This document shows positions 47,088 through 56,901 of a stretch of 64,000 nucleotides of DNA, in pieces (position 1 is the first letter of the stretch; each line of letters starts with the position of its first letter). The notes beneath the pieces are model-generated. The model was not told the DNA's origin and made no database searches. It saw only the letters and a program-made list of their open reading frames with translations. The DNA lies in the sequence record OR836606.1. One strand, written 5' to 3'. Both the position numbers and the translations under genes were made by a program. Source of the stretch: Staphylococcus phage LY01.

Positions 47088-48078
47088 TTACATCTCCACG
47101 AGAAATCGCATTCTTAGTTTTTTCAATAGATTTCTTTTGGAAATTAGCTTTCTTAAGTTGAACTTCTAAATCTGATTTTAATATTCTTAATTCTTTTCTT
47201 TTTTCTTCATCATCAGTTGAATCAATTCTGTTTTCTAAAGTTTGAATTCTTTCTTCTAATACAATGATAAGTCTATTAAGTTCATTACCTTTAGTTGCAT
47301 TATAAACAATTACAGTCAATAAACCTATTAAAGCCGTTTTAGCTTTACCAATACCTGCTGAACTAATTTTTAAACCAATACAGAATAAAATTCCAGTTAA
47401 TAGAGCTCTTACGAATCTAATACGATTAGCTTTAGCTAATTGTTTATCATTCATATTTTTAGAAGAAGCTGTTGCTTTTTTAACAGAGCTAATTAATTTA
47501 TTTAAATTTTTTTCAGCAACTTTGGGGTCTTTAGAAGTTTCAAAACTACTATCAAGACCATCAAGATAATCTTCATCATCGTCATCATCATAAGCTTCAT
47601 TAAGATAATTCATATTACCCTCCATTAAGAAGTTAATAACAGCTTTTCTTTCTAATTTAGAATCAGCAGGGCTTTCAGCTAGTGCTACAGTCAATTGTTT
47701 AAAATTAAATTCTGTATTAATATTAGAACTAAAATCTTCTTTATATAAACTATCTATGTATCCGTTATTTGGGACACGTTTATTAATATAAAGAGTGTTA
47801 TATTTATCTTTTAAAAATTCTATTTTATGAAGAACCATATTAACTGCCATTTCAGACTGTTCATTTTCAATTTCAAATCTTTCTAACGAATCTTTTAAAG
47901 TAACAAGATATTTAACAGATTTTCTAACTTGATCGCTTGTAAAAGAATCCACATCTGCATACTTTTCAATGTCAATTAATTTATCATATAAATCAACAGG
48001 AAAAGAATCATTATCTGTTTGTTCTATGAAATATTTTAAATCACTTTCTACTTCATTGAAATTCTTCAAGTATTTCAC
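47059..48078 (-). CDS. Hypothetical membrane protein (339 aa, one TM segment)
   Basis: ORF; hydrophobic stretch FVRALLTGILFCIGL...LIGLLTVIVY. Confidence 0.5.
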   Translation of the reverse strand: MKYLKNFNEVESDLKYFIEQTDNDSFPVDLYDKLIDIEKYADVDSFTSDQVRKSVKYLVTLKDSLERFEIENEQSEMAVNMVLHKIEFLKDKYNTLYINKRVPNNGYIDSLYKEDFSSNINTEFNFKQLTVALAESPADSKLERKAVINFLMEGNMNYLNEAYDDDDDEDYLDGLDSSFETSKDPKVAEKNLNKLISSVKKATASSKNMNDKQLAKANRIRFVRALLTGILFCIGLKISSAGIGKAKTALIGLLTVIVYNATKGNELNRLIIVLEERIQTLENRIDSTDDEEKRKELRILKSDLEVQLKKANFQKKSIEKTKNAISRGDVNDSGSSYDY

Positions 48079-48180
48079 ATCCTATTCATATTTTCATTAA
48101 GGTTAATATTCTATTGTTAAAATTGCTTATCAAACATTTAAATATTCTAAATTTAATATATGAAAGGAAGTTAAATAAAT

Positions 48181-48404
48181 ATGTCTAAAGATATAAAAGC
48201 TTATCTTATTAATGAATCTAACACAACTTCTCAACCAGAAGTAGTTCAAGATAATAATAAATCGGTTAGATTCATTGCTGAGTTACAAGAAGCTGATAGA
48301 CAAAACCGTAATGGTCGTGTTTATCGTAAAGATGTTATTCAAAGTGGTTTAGATAGTCCAGTAATACAAGAAAAATTAGCAAGAAAAACTTTTTATGGTG
48401 AGTT
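48181..48404 (+). CDS. Prohead core protease (T4 gp21-like), exon 1
   Basis: NGRVYRK and YGE(L)HP align to T4 gp21 RLYPK / GELNHP; the exon ends GTGAGTT, which pairs with the IGS GGCTCAC. Confidence 0.65.
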
Positions 48405-48561
48405 TTAGGTTAAATGGCTCACATTAAATTATATTAATTGCTGGAAAAGATTATTATCTTAATCAGCATCAACTTAATACAAGTTGTTCAACGACTAAAT
48501 ATATAGCCTAGATGATATAGTCTAACCTTTATTAAAATGATAAAGAATAATAATTTGCAGG
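48405..48561 (+). ncRNA. Miniature group I intron 1 in the protease gene (157 nt)
   Basis: Plus strand: P AATTGCTGGAAAAG, Q AATCAGCATC, R GTTCAACGACTAAA, S GATGATATAGTCTAA, P9 ctttat..ataaag. Confidence 0.75.
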
Positions 48562-48817
48562 ACATCCTTTAAGTGATGAACCTAAACGACAAATGTATAT
48601 TGATCAACGTAATATTTCTCATATCGTTACTAGAACATGGTGGAATGGTAATAAATTAATGGCAGAAGTAGAAACGGCACAAACAGCAGCTGGTAAAGAT
48701 ATGAAAGGTTTAATCGGACAAAAGTCTGACGTATCTTTCTCAATGCGTGGTTTCAGTAAAATTAATAGAACACCTTCTGGCGAAGTTGAAGTTACTAAAC
48801 CTTTAAGATTAATCTGT
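48562..48817 (+). CDS. Prohead core protease, exon 2 (HPLSDEPKRQ...TWWNGN...SFSMRGFS)
   Basis: Aligns to T4 gp21 MWWKGN and the catalytic-Ser region SSRGLGS; ends phase 0 before the TAA that starts the intron. Confidence 0.65.
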
Positions 48818-48998
48818 TAAATTGTAGCAGCTTTATATAGAAATATATATTGAAAAAGAATATTAATTGCTAAGAAGTTTAATTAAGCCAATTAGCATCA
48901 ACTTAATACAAGTTGTTCAACGACTAAATATATTTACTCTTAATAAGAGTATGATATAGTCTAATCTTAATAGTAAGATCTATTAAGTTAATATAATG
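48818..48998 (+). ncRNA. Miniature group I intron 2 in the protease gene (181 nt), P4 covariant
   Basis: P AATTGCTAAGAAG with Q AATTAGCATC: compensatory GCUAAG/UUAGC versus GCUGG/CCAGC in the other introns. R GTTCAACGACTAAA, S ATGATATAGTCTAA. IGS GCAG pairs with exon CUGU. Confidence 0.75.
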
Positions 48999-49025
48999 TA
49001 CGATAAAATAAACCTTGTCGCTTCT
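48999..49025 (+). CDS. Prohead core protease micro-exon 3 (27 nt; YDKINLVAS)
   Basis: In-frame segment between intron 2 (3' end at G48998) and the TAA that starts intron 3. Confidence 0.5.
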
Positions 49026-49188
49026 TAAAGCAATTTAAGAATGATAAAACTATTAATTGCTAAAATCTTTTATTAAAGTAATTAGCATCAACTTAATAAA
49101 AGTTGTTCAAAGACTAAATATAGTTTATCCTTTTATAGGATAATGATATAGTCTGATCTATATTATACTAATATAGATAACATAAATG
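49026..49188 (+). ncRNA. Miniature group I intron 3 in the protease gene (163 nt)
   Basis: P AATTGCTAAAATC, Q ATTAGCATC, R GTTCAAAGACTAAA, S ATGATATAGTCTGA, P9 ctatattatactaatatag; ends ...CATAAATG. Confidence 0.7.
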
Positions 49189-49542
49189 TGGGTAGTAATT
49201 CCATCTCATCAAGATTCTTACATTCAAAATATTATTTCAGAAGGACACAATAATTATAATCCTAATGATTTACAAATGGTAAATGAATCAATTGATATGT
49301 TCACTAATGGTAAAATTACTGAATTTTCTCCTAGAGAAGTTTTAACTTATATTAAAGAAAATTCAGATAATGTAAAATACATTGCTGAAGATATGGGGTT
49401 TGCTGGAGTTGATGAATCTAATATCAGTTATGATAAAGGATCTCAATTAGCTTCAATTAGAGAAAGTAATAAAACTATTAAAGTTTTCTTAGAAGAATCT
49501 GTTCTTAATGGACTTGATGATTTCTATAGAAACTTTAAATAA
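49189..49542 (+). CDS. Prohead core protease, exon 4
   Basis: WVVIPSHQDSY... in phase 0 after intron 3. Confidence 0.6.
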   Translation, partial: WVVIPSHQDSYIQNIISEGHNNYNPNDLQMVNESIDMFTNGKITEFSPREVLTYIKENSDNVKYIAEDMGFAGVDESNISYDKGSQLASIRESNKTIKVFLEESVLNGLDDFYRNFK

Positions 49543-49566
49543 TATGTATGGATGTGATTAAAGGTT

Positions 49567-50280
49567 ATGTTAACCAATACAGAAATACTTAATTATATTG
49601 AACGTGATGTAGGTTTCATGTTCACTGATTTAGAATTAAAACCTGATGATATTATTAAAACAGTGGAAAGATTCACTATTCCTACATTTAGTAAATTTCA
49701 TCCTAAACAAGAAAGAGTAATTGTAAAACCAGAAGATAAAGTAGAAGGTACTACAAATATATATTATATTGATTCTGAAAATCCTATAGTTAATATTAAT
49801 AGAGTAATTGGAGCTAATAATCCTATTACTAATTTAACAGGGTATGCAGGTAACATGAGCTCTTATGCAGGATTTGCTATGGGTAACCCAATTGATGGAC
49901 AAATGATGTCTGATTTAATGGCGATCAATTTATCTCCATCTACTTTTAGATATCATCATCCTAATAAAATAGAAATATTGAATTCTGCTGTAATCGGTTC
50001 AGTTAATTTACTAATTGTTCTAAATACTTATCATGATAAACATTTTGGTTCTATACCAAATAATATGCATGATTATTTCTTAGAATTAGCTTCTTATGAT
50101 GTTCAAATATCATTATATGCTATGAGAAGTAGATTCCAGAACTTACAAACTACTTTTGGAGAGTTAAATCTTAATATGGATGATTTACGTGAAGCAAAAG
50201 ATAAACGTAAAGAATTAGTAGAAAAGATGGAAAATTATTCTATATTTAATAGTAACAGAAAGAAATTATATTTCGGTTAA
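49567..50280 (+). CDS. Hypothetical protein (237 aa)
   Basis: ORF with RBS. Confidence 0.55.
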   Translation: MLTNTEILNYIERDVGFMFTDLELKPDDIIKTVERFTIPTFSKFHPKQERVIVKPEDKVEGTTNIYYIDSENPIVNINRVIGANNPITNLTGYAGNMSSYAGFAMGNPIDGQMMSDLMAINLSPSTFRYHHPNKIEILNSAVIGSVNLLIVLNTYHDKHFGSIPNNMHDYFLELASYDVQISLYAMRSRFQNLQTTFGELNLNMDDLREAKDKRKELVEKMENYSIFNSNRKKLYFG

Positions 50281-50285
50281 TAAAA

Positions 50286-50330
50286 TACCCCAATACCATT
50301 TTTCTATGGTATTGGGGATTTATTTTTTAT
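50286..50330 (+). terminator. Rho-independent terminator
   Basis: Stem ccccaatacca/tggtattgggg followed by atttatttttt. Confidence 0.65.
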
Positions 50331-50649
50331 TTATATAAGGAGTAAATCATAAATAAAGATTAAAATAGAAATTTAATCATTAAGCGAGCAATTTTTTATT
50401 ATAAAAACTTAATACGCTAATATATTGTAAGTTATTTATAAATTTGACATGGCAGTTTGTCCAATAAAGCTTATAAGCTTTATCAAATTAGCTAAAAAAA
50501 TTATAAATAGCAAAGTTTTATACTATACGAAGTTAATAGCAAAATGACTTTGAAATCAGAGCACAAACATAAGACAAAACAAAAGGTAAAACAATATAGA
50601 AATCTAAATTTCTATATTTATATTGTTAGTAACAAAATATAAATAAATT

Positions 50650-51273
50650 TTATTTCATTACATTATAAATATTAAATTGATTTTTTAATCGCTGTTTATC
50701 AAATCTATTCATAGGTTTAGTTTCAAAACGATTTTCATCAAGATGATCGAGATAATCATCTCTATAAATTTCATCTAACAATTTTATCTCATGAAAACTT
50801 AATCTATGTCTTTTACATAAAGGTACTAGTAATTTATCTGCTAAATGTTTAAACATACGCGTATCAGGGTTATATAAATTAAAATCATCAGCTATAGCTA
50901 TTAAAAGACTATTCCTATACTTCTGAGGTATAATTCCTTTATCTGCTAATTCTTGAAGATAATAACTAGGTTTATAATCAGATAATCCTTCCATAACAGC
51001 GTAATCTTTATCTATCAATTCTACATAATAGTGCATAGGTAATGCTCTAATATTAGCATGTCTAATTAGATAATTCTGAACTTTACCCCAAGAATATTTA
51101 TAAGATCCTTTAAGTAAATCTCTATCACTAAATTTATTTTCCTTAAGTATTAAATTATTCATATGAGTAATTATTACATGTGTTTGAAAAGTATTACTTC
51201 TTCTTCGTCTATCTTGTTTAATTTCATAATACATTTTTTTAGTAACCTCGTTTCTAACAATAACTAATTGCAT
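50650..51273 (-). CDS. Hypothetical protein (207 aa), possibly an enzymatic domain partner of the upstream PG-binding protein
   Basis: ORF overlapping the upstream ORF by 20 nt. Confidence 0.45.
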   Translation of the reverse strand: MQLVIVRNEVTKKMYYEIKQDRRRRSNTFQTHVIITHMNNLILKENKFSDRDLLKGSYKYSWGKVQNYLIRHANIRALPMHYYVELIDKDYAVMEGLSDYKPSYYLQELADKGIIPQKYRNSLLIAIADDFNLYNPDTRMFKHLADKLLVPLCKRHRLSFHEIKLLDEIYRDDYLDHLDENRFETKPMNRFDKQRLKNQFNIYNVMK

Positions 51274-51922
51274 TGTATTTTTCTATTAATTTGTTAAATG
51301 TAATTGGGCCAACTTCTCCATCTTGTTTAAGGTTATTATCTTTTTGGAATTGTAATAATGATTCTAACATAGTTCTATCGAATATATAGTTTTTACTATC
51401 ATATTTATTGACAGAATATCCTAGACCATACAATGTTATTCCTACTACATTAACGTCATTTCCTGTCATGTTTTCTTCTCTATACATAAGCAATCTATAA
51501 TAATTCCCTTTTATTTGTCTTCTATTAGGAATATGAGGTTCTTCAGGTTTATATTTTCTTGGAAGATGCATGTCATAATAGTATGGAAATTTAGGATTTC
51601 CATTATGGAATTTAAGTAAAACTCTGTCATATAATTCAGGTTTTCTTAAAGGTTTATCAAGATCATTATTCATCAAAGGTTGACAAACTAAATAATTTCC
51701 AATATCAATATTCTCAGATATATTTAAATCTTCTATATTGATAATATTCGATGCATATAGGTTTCTTTTGATATTTCTTGGGGAATCCTGCAAGTTAGTC
51801 ATTATCAGCTCAAACACAAATAGCTTAACTTCATATTTTGTATCAAAATCTGAGTTATCTATAACTACGGCTTCAAAATCCCTTCCGAAGTCAAATTCTT
51901 TAAACGATTTTTTATAATTCAT
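51254..51922 (-). CDS. Protein with a C-terminal peptidoglycan-binding-like domain (possible lysin component)
   Basis: C-terminal LESLLQFQKDNNLKQDGEVGPITFNKL matches the PG_binding_1 consensus (DGxxGxxT). Confidence 0.5.
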   Translation of the reverse strand: MNYKKSFKEFDFGRDFEAVVIDNSDFDTKYEVKLFVFELIMTNLQDSPRNIKRNLYASNIINIEDLNISENIDIGNYLVCQPLMNNDLDKPLRKPELYDRVLLKFHNGNPKFPYYYDMHLPRKYKPEEPHIPNRRQIKGNYYRLLMYREENMTGNDVNVVGITLYGLGYSVNKYDSKNYIFDRTMLESLLQFQKDNNLKQDGEVGPITFNKLIEKYNAISYC

Positions 51923-51991
51923 AGTATCTTCATCAATGCTCCTTTTTTCTATAAATTTTTTCTATAATGTAAGTACTGGAGGAAAACGCTA

Positions 51992-52210
51992 TTGATACAG
52001 CTTATTATCCTTTGCCTCTTAATATATTTCTTATTGATAAGTCTACCATTAATTATAAGAACTAAATTAATTCTTAATTATTTAGAAGACATATCTATAA
52101 GAATTAATATAATAGAAAAAGAAAATAGAAATCAAAGAAAAATAATAGATAAATTATCTACTTTTAATGAAATCTTGTTAGAAGAGATAAAAGAACAAGA
52201 TAAAAAATAA
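51992..52210 (+). CDS. Small TM protein (72 aa), holin-like candidate
   Basis: N-terminal hydrophobic segment plus charged C-terminus; divergently adjacent to the PG-binding protein. Confidence 0.3.
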   Translation: MIQLIILCLLIYFLLISLPLIIRTKLILNYLEDISIRINIIEKENRNQRKIIDKLSTFNEILLEEIKEQDKK

Positions 52211-52216
52211 ATATAC

Positions 52217-52250
52217 CACAACGATATCAATTTATCGTTGTGGTTATTTT
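52217..52250. terminator. Bidirectional hairpin terminator
   Basis: Stem ccacaacgata/atcgttgtgg followed by ttatttt. Confidence 0.55.
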
Positions 52251-52251
52251 A

Positions 52252-53088
52252 TTAAATATAAATAATATATTCTATATCTAATCCATCTGATAAGTTCTTC
52301 AAAGAACGACTATCAAATGTAAGTCTTGTAGCCAATTCAGTACCATCAAATTTATTTTCATTTTCATTATATTTAGCTAACCATAAACCTAACTCATTTA
52401 CAATAGAACCTCTAGCTTCATCTGGTTCCACTGACATTTTTAATGAAAATGCAACTGATCCATCTTCATTATCAATAATCCATCCTTTTGAATCTCCAAG
52501 AGGATTTTCTTTAGTCGCATTAGTAAAACGTTTACCATAGAAACTAGTAGTTCCATCTTGTTTATCTTCAGGGAGATAATATTTTTTTCTCTGTTCTTCA
52601 GATAATTCTTCAATCATACTAGGATTATTTGCAGTTAAATCGGAATTTTCTTTATCCGGATTTTCTACTACAAATGGAATTGGTCTGTTTAATTTTTGAT
52701 CTGAATACTTAACCGTATAAGGTGAAAAGGCGGCATTGTTAACATCCGCACCACCTGACCCAATTGAAAATAAACAAATTGTACGATCAGGGGTATCATC
52801 TGCATTATAATTTGAAGGTACACCTTTACCAAATAATTTTTCTAATAACCAAACACGAGTTCTCATTAAAACTAAATTTTCTTCTTGATGTATTAATTCA
52901 CCCGTTTTAGGATTAGAAAATTTAACAATACCTTTAATATAATTCCCGATATTTTCTTTAAAATCTGATTTGTTATCAATAGCATTAGACACTCTTGATT
53001 CTACTCTTGAGCTTATCTCATCTATTTTTTCTTGTTCCATAGCTTTACTTTCAACAAGTCTTCTTGAAAATCTATCAAAATTAAACAA
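52252..53088 (-). CDS. Hypothetical protein (278 aa)
   Basis: ORF. Confidence 0.5.
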   Translation of the reverse strand: MFNFDRFSRRLVESKAMEQEKIDEISSRVESRVSNAIDNKSDFKENIGNYIKGIVKFSNPKTGELIHQEENLVLMRTRVWLLEKLFGKGVPSNYNADDTPDRTICLFSIGSGGADVNNAAFSPYTVKYSDQKLNRPIPFVVENPDKENSDLTANNPSMIEELSEEQRKKYYLPEDKQDGTTSFYGKRFTNATKENPLGDSKGWIIDNEDGSVAFSLKMSVEPDEARGSIVNELGLWLAKYNENENKFDGTELATRLTFDSRSLKNLSDGLDIEYIIYI

Positions 53089-53092
53089 GCTT

Positions 53093-55657
53093 TTAATCTC
53101 CCTTCTTAACTATTGAGAATTTCAGTTCATCTCTAATCTCAATATTTTCTTTTCTATTAATTTTGTCAGTAATATTTTTATTATCAAGCGTATTTATTTT
53201 ATCTACTTTTTTAGAGTTTCCATTATATTTAATATTAGATTCATCTATCAAATTTATACTATTTTCAAATTTATCATCTAATTTAAATAATAGACTAGTA
53301 TAAATTAAATCAGTTGAATAGGATTTAAATAATGTAATTAAAATAGTGATATAGTCTCTGATAAAATTAACTATACCTACAAAATTACTATTAGTAAAAT
53401 ACTGTTCTTTTAAATTTAAATGGTTATCAATACTGCTGACTAATTCAAAAATCCGTTCTCTAAAAATAGTTTCTCTATCAAATGTATCTTCATCGTATAT
53501 TTCCGATTCTACAATAGTATAATAATACAAATCAGGTTCTTTAAATTTAAGATAATCTGAATAAGTCTTAAAACCATTAAATACATCATTACTAGAATTA
53601 TTAATAAATAGTTGTTTATGCAGTGTAATAAATTTTTTTCTTAAATGTGGATCATCTGCATTATATATTAGTTCTTCTAGTTCTTTACGGAATTTCTCAT
53701 TATGTTTATACATATCAATAATATCATAAATATTTATTAAGTCTTTATCAGAATCATCGTAAACTAATATATCTGAAATATATGATTTTAATGCAGGATA
53801 TCTAGATATTTGTTTTTTAGAAGTGTATTGATTATTTTTAATTGAATAATCTATAGATTTCCTAATTGCATTAACTATATTTTCGATAGTTTCTCCATTT
53901 TTATTATCTTTATATCTTTTATATGATTCATTTAAAAATCTAACATTCATAACTTTAACAAAATCTTTTAATTCTTTATCAATTGAATCATCTTCAATCA
54001 TTATTTTATATACATCTTCTCTATTAATTCTTCCATCTCTTACCATTACATTTAAGAATTTCTTATATATTTTCATAAAGTTTTCATAATAAGAAATATT
54101 TTTAAATAAAAAGTTTCTTTCTGGTTTTGATATTTGAGTCCATAAATATCTCATGCCATCAATGATTAAATCATTTTCAATATAATATTCTAATTGTGTT
54201 GATCCATTTTCACCAGTTAGCATTTCAGAAATAAATTTAAATTGTCTTTGAGCTAAATCAGAAGATTCATATTCATTTATAATATCTTCATAACTTAATG
54301 TATTTCTATTTTTAAATTTCTTAATATTAAGAAAATTTAGTTCTCTAGCAAAAACGATATAATCCGATTTATCAAATTGTCTAGAATAAATATAACTACG
54401 AATATCATCTACAGTTTCTTTTATATCTGAATTAAAATTATACGCATATATATTCATATTTTTATCATTTTTAATTCTATCATTCCATTTAATATAATTT
54501 ATGACAAGAGTATTAAGCGTAACAATTCCGTCAAAAACATTAAACTTCCTAGAACTAATTCTTGTATTAGTCATATTAAAACTATCATCTTCAATAATAT
54601 TTTTATCTTCTTTCATTGAGTTAATTAAACTGTATAGAAATGATAAAGATTTACTATTATTAATTATATCTATGACAGCATCAGTAGAAAGATATTTAGT
54701 TTGTATTACGTTAAATGCTTTATCCATAATTTCTTCTTTAGTATTTCTCCAATATGGATCAAGATCAACAATTTCATTGTAACTATACTGATTATCTTTA
54801 TATGGATTAAAATTGTCATTTACATTGGTTTTATAAAATTTTAAATCATTTGAATGTTTAGCTAAGTAATATTTATTAATATCAATAGAATTAATAGAGA
54901 ATATTTCTTCAATTATAGGAAATATTTCATTAGTGCCTTTATTTCTAATTAATTCATTTAATCTCTTGTAAGTTCTTCTTTGATATTCAAGCGGGAACTC
55001 GTCAAAATAATCCAAACCATTAGATATAAATGCATTTTTAAGATCCCTCTTTGTATATCTATCAACATCAAATATTCTATACATAGTTTTATTAATATAT
55101 CTATGTAAAGTTGCATTAATTAGATACATATAAAACATTTCTCTGTAATATATTTGATTATTAAATGCTCTAGTGTGAGTTACTTTTTTAAAATATTCAA
55201 CTGATTCTGTATAGCTTTCCAATAATAAAGATTCTTCTTTACTATCTAGAGTCTTATTAAGTGCCTTTATTATTTGAAAATCACTAGTCGTTCTTGAATC
55301 GTACGGATCAATATTATATAAATTTTTTAACTTACCATAATATGGATTTTTTTCTTTATATGTTCTTAATATACTATCTCTATCGAAAACTGAATAATAA
55401 TCGTCAAGAGTGTTATCTTTAGCTCTTATATATAAATCAGATTCCATCATTGAATCATTTGATTCTAATTTATCTGCCATTGATTGATCTTTAATAATTA
55501 GACCTTGACAATACTTAATGACATCATCTAAATTTTCTATATCTTCTTCAGTAAATGCTTTATAAAAATAGAGAGGATTGTATTTTCTTAAATCATCTTT
55601 ACTGAATCTATTAAAATCATTAAATTCTATAGCCATTATATCTCTTTTAATCCTCAC
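53093..55657 (-). CDS. Hypothetical large protein (854 aa)
   Basis: ORF. Confidence 0.55.
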   Translation of the reverse strand: MRIKRDIMAIEFNDFNRFSKDDLRKYNPLYFYKAFTEEDIENLDDVIKYCQGLIIKDQSMADKLESNDSMMESDLYIRAKDNTLDDYYSVFDRDSILRTYKEKNPYYGKLKNLYNIDPYDSRTTSDFQIIKALNKTLDSKEESLLLESYTESVEYFKKVTHTRAFNNQIYYREMFYMYLINATLHRYINKTMYRIFDVDRYTKRDLKNAFISNGLDYFDEFPLEYQRRTYKRLNELIRNKGTNEIFPIIEEIFSINSIDINKYYLAKHSNDLKFYKTNVNDNFNPYKDNQYSYNEIVDLDPYWRNTKEEIMDKAFNVIQTKYLSTDAVIDIINNSKSLSFLYSLINSMKEDKNIIEDDSFNMTNTRISSRKFNVFDGIVTLNTLVINYIKWNDRIKNDKNMNIYAYNFNSDIKETVDDIRSYIYSRQFDKSDYIVFARELNFLNIKKFKNRNTLSYEDIINEYESSDLAQRQFKFISEMLTGENGSTQLEYYIENDLIIDGMRYLWTQISKPERNFLFKNISYYENFMKIYKKFLNVMVRDGRINREDVYKIMIEDDSIDKELKDFVKVMNVRFLNESYKRYKDNKNGETIENIVNAIRKSIDYSIKNNQYTSKKQISRYPALKSYISDILVYDDSDKDLINIYDIIDMYKHNEKFRKELEELIYNADDPHLRKKFITLHKQLFINNSSNDVFNGFKTYSDYLKFKEPDLYYYTIVESEIYDEDTFDRETIFRERIFELVSSIDNHLNLKEQYFTNSNFVGIVNFIRDYITILITLFKSYSTDLIYTSLLFKLDDKFENSINLIDESNIKYNGNSKKVDKINTLDNKNITDKINRKENIEIRDELKFSIVKKGD

Positions 55658-56082
55658 TTTCTTATTTTATATTTAATAAAAAGTTGTTAAGTAACATTAT
55701 ATATTTTATATAATATTTTAATTTATTATAAAGGTATCAGGATAATACATATATAAGAAATCTTCTTACAATTATATTAACTTGATATAGATTTATTAAA
55801 ACTTAATATTATAAAGAAGAATTAATATATTTATATTTAAATATAAATATATTAATTCACACTTTTAATTTTTTATAATTAAAGAATCTTTATTAAGTTA
55901 ATATAAATTACTGTATTTATTAATTTTATCATAATTTTTTTAATAATTGAATTAATAATTAATTATAGTTGCTTTTGAATAACTATTTAAATATAAATTT
56001 TTAATAAATTGATATAATAATTATATATAGATTAGTAAATAATAATTTTTAAAAATAAGGGGGATTAGGGGGTAGAAAATTT

Positions 56083-56175
56083 TTTAATAAATATATTTTT
56101 AATTAATAAATTTTTAATAAATATATTTTTAATTAATAAATTTTTAATAAATATATTTTTAATTAATAAAAAGGA
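56083..56175. repeat. Three tandem copies of a 30-31-bp AT repeat (aatttttaataaatatatttttaattaataa) in a divergent promoter region
   Basis: Direct visual repeat; preceded by the G-tract gggggattagggggtag (56058-56074). Confidence 0.7.
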
Positions 56176-56176
56176 T

Positions 56177-56821
56177 TTGATAAATAAAATGAATAATATA
56201 GATATAAAATACAAAAGTGATAATATTAATAATAAAGTTAAATTAAATAGAAATAATAGAATCAATAATATATTAATTAAAAAAGATTCAAATAATAATA
56301 CAACATTAGTAAATAAAAAAAGTAAATTTCAAATATCAAGTTTATACTTTGAAATAGAATCAGAAAATAGTTTAAAGAAATTTATTAAGAATGTAGAAGG
56401 ATTGGTAAGAAGATCAAATGAATATAAAAAGTATTTATCAATATTAAAAGAAGAATATAATTTAAAAAATGATATAACAATGTCAAATTTATCGGATGAT
56501 ATGGTTACAATGGAATATCATCACTTTCCTTTTACATTATATGAAATTGTAGAAATAGTAGTTAATAGAGCTATTATGGAAGACGAACAATTCACATCAA
56601 TAGATATAGCAGAAAGAGTTATGAAATTACATTTCGATAATAAAGTAGGCTTAGTATTATTATCCAAAACAAATCATCAATTAGCTCATGCAGGTAAAAT
56701 TATCATTCCACTATCTTCAATATTTGGTAAAGTAAATGAATTTGTTTCGTATTATAAAGACTATATGTTAGATCATCAAATAGAACAGTATAATGAATTA
56801 TTAGACGCTTCAAATATATAA
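56177..56821 (+). CDS. Hypothetical protein (214 aa)
   Basis: ORF with RBS AAAAGGA. Confidence 0.5.
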   Translation: MINKMNNIDIKYKSDNINNKVKLNRNNRINNILIKKDSNNNTTLVNKKSKFQISSLYFEIESENSLKKFIKNVEGLVRRSNEYKKYLSILKEEYNLKNDITMSNLSDDMVTMEYHHFPFTLYEIVEIVVNRAIMEDEQFTSIDIAERVMKLHFDNKVGLVLLSKTNHQLAHAGKIIIPLSSIFGKVNEFVSYYKDYMLDHQIEQYNELLDASNI

Positions 56822-56901
56822 TAAAATTATAAACATTATTTAAATATATATTATATAAATGAGATTAATAATAGTTAAATAATCTTAAATAATTTTTATA
56901 A

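Noticed and set aside
31873-49542. Alternative genetic code (stop-codon reassignment) as the explanation for split nrdE, terL and protease ORFs
   Set aside because: Every split coincides with a group I intron core (P/Q/R/S plus a matching IGS). The long uninterrupted ORFs (1900-1981 aa) use the standard code with TAA/TAG/TGA stops. Code 11 with splicing therefore explains the data.
56083-56175. Possible CRISPR array
   Set aside because: Three contiguous identical 30-bp units with no unique spacers between them. This is a simple tandem repeat, not a repeat-spacer array.
56065-56265. 66-aa minus-strand ORF spanning the tandem repeats
   Set aside because: It is a translation of the 3x AT-rich direct repeat (repeating FIKNLLIKNI) and lies in a promoter region, so it is not a gene.
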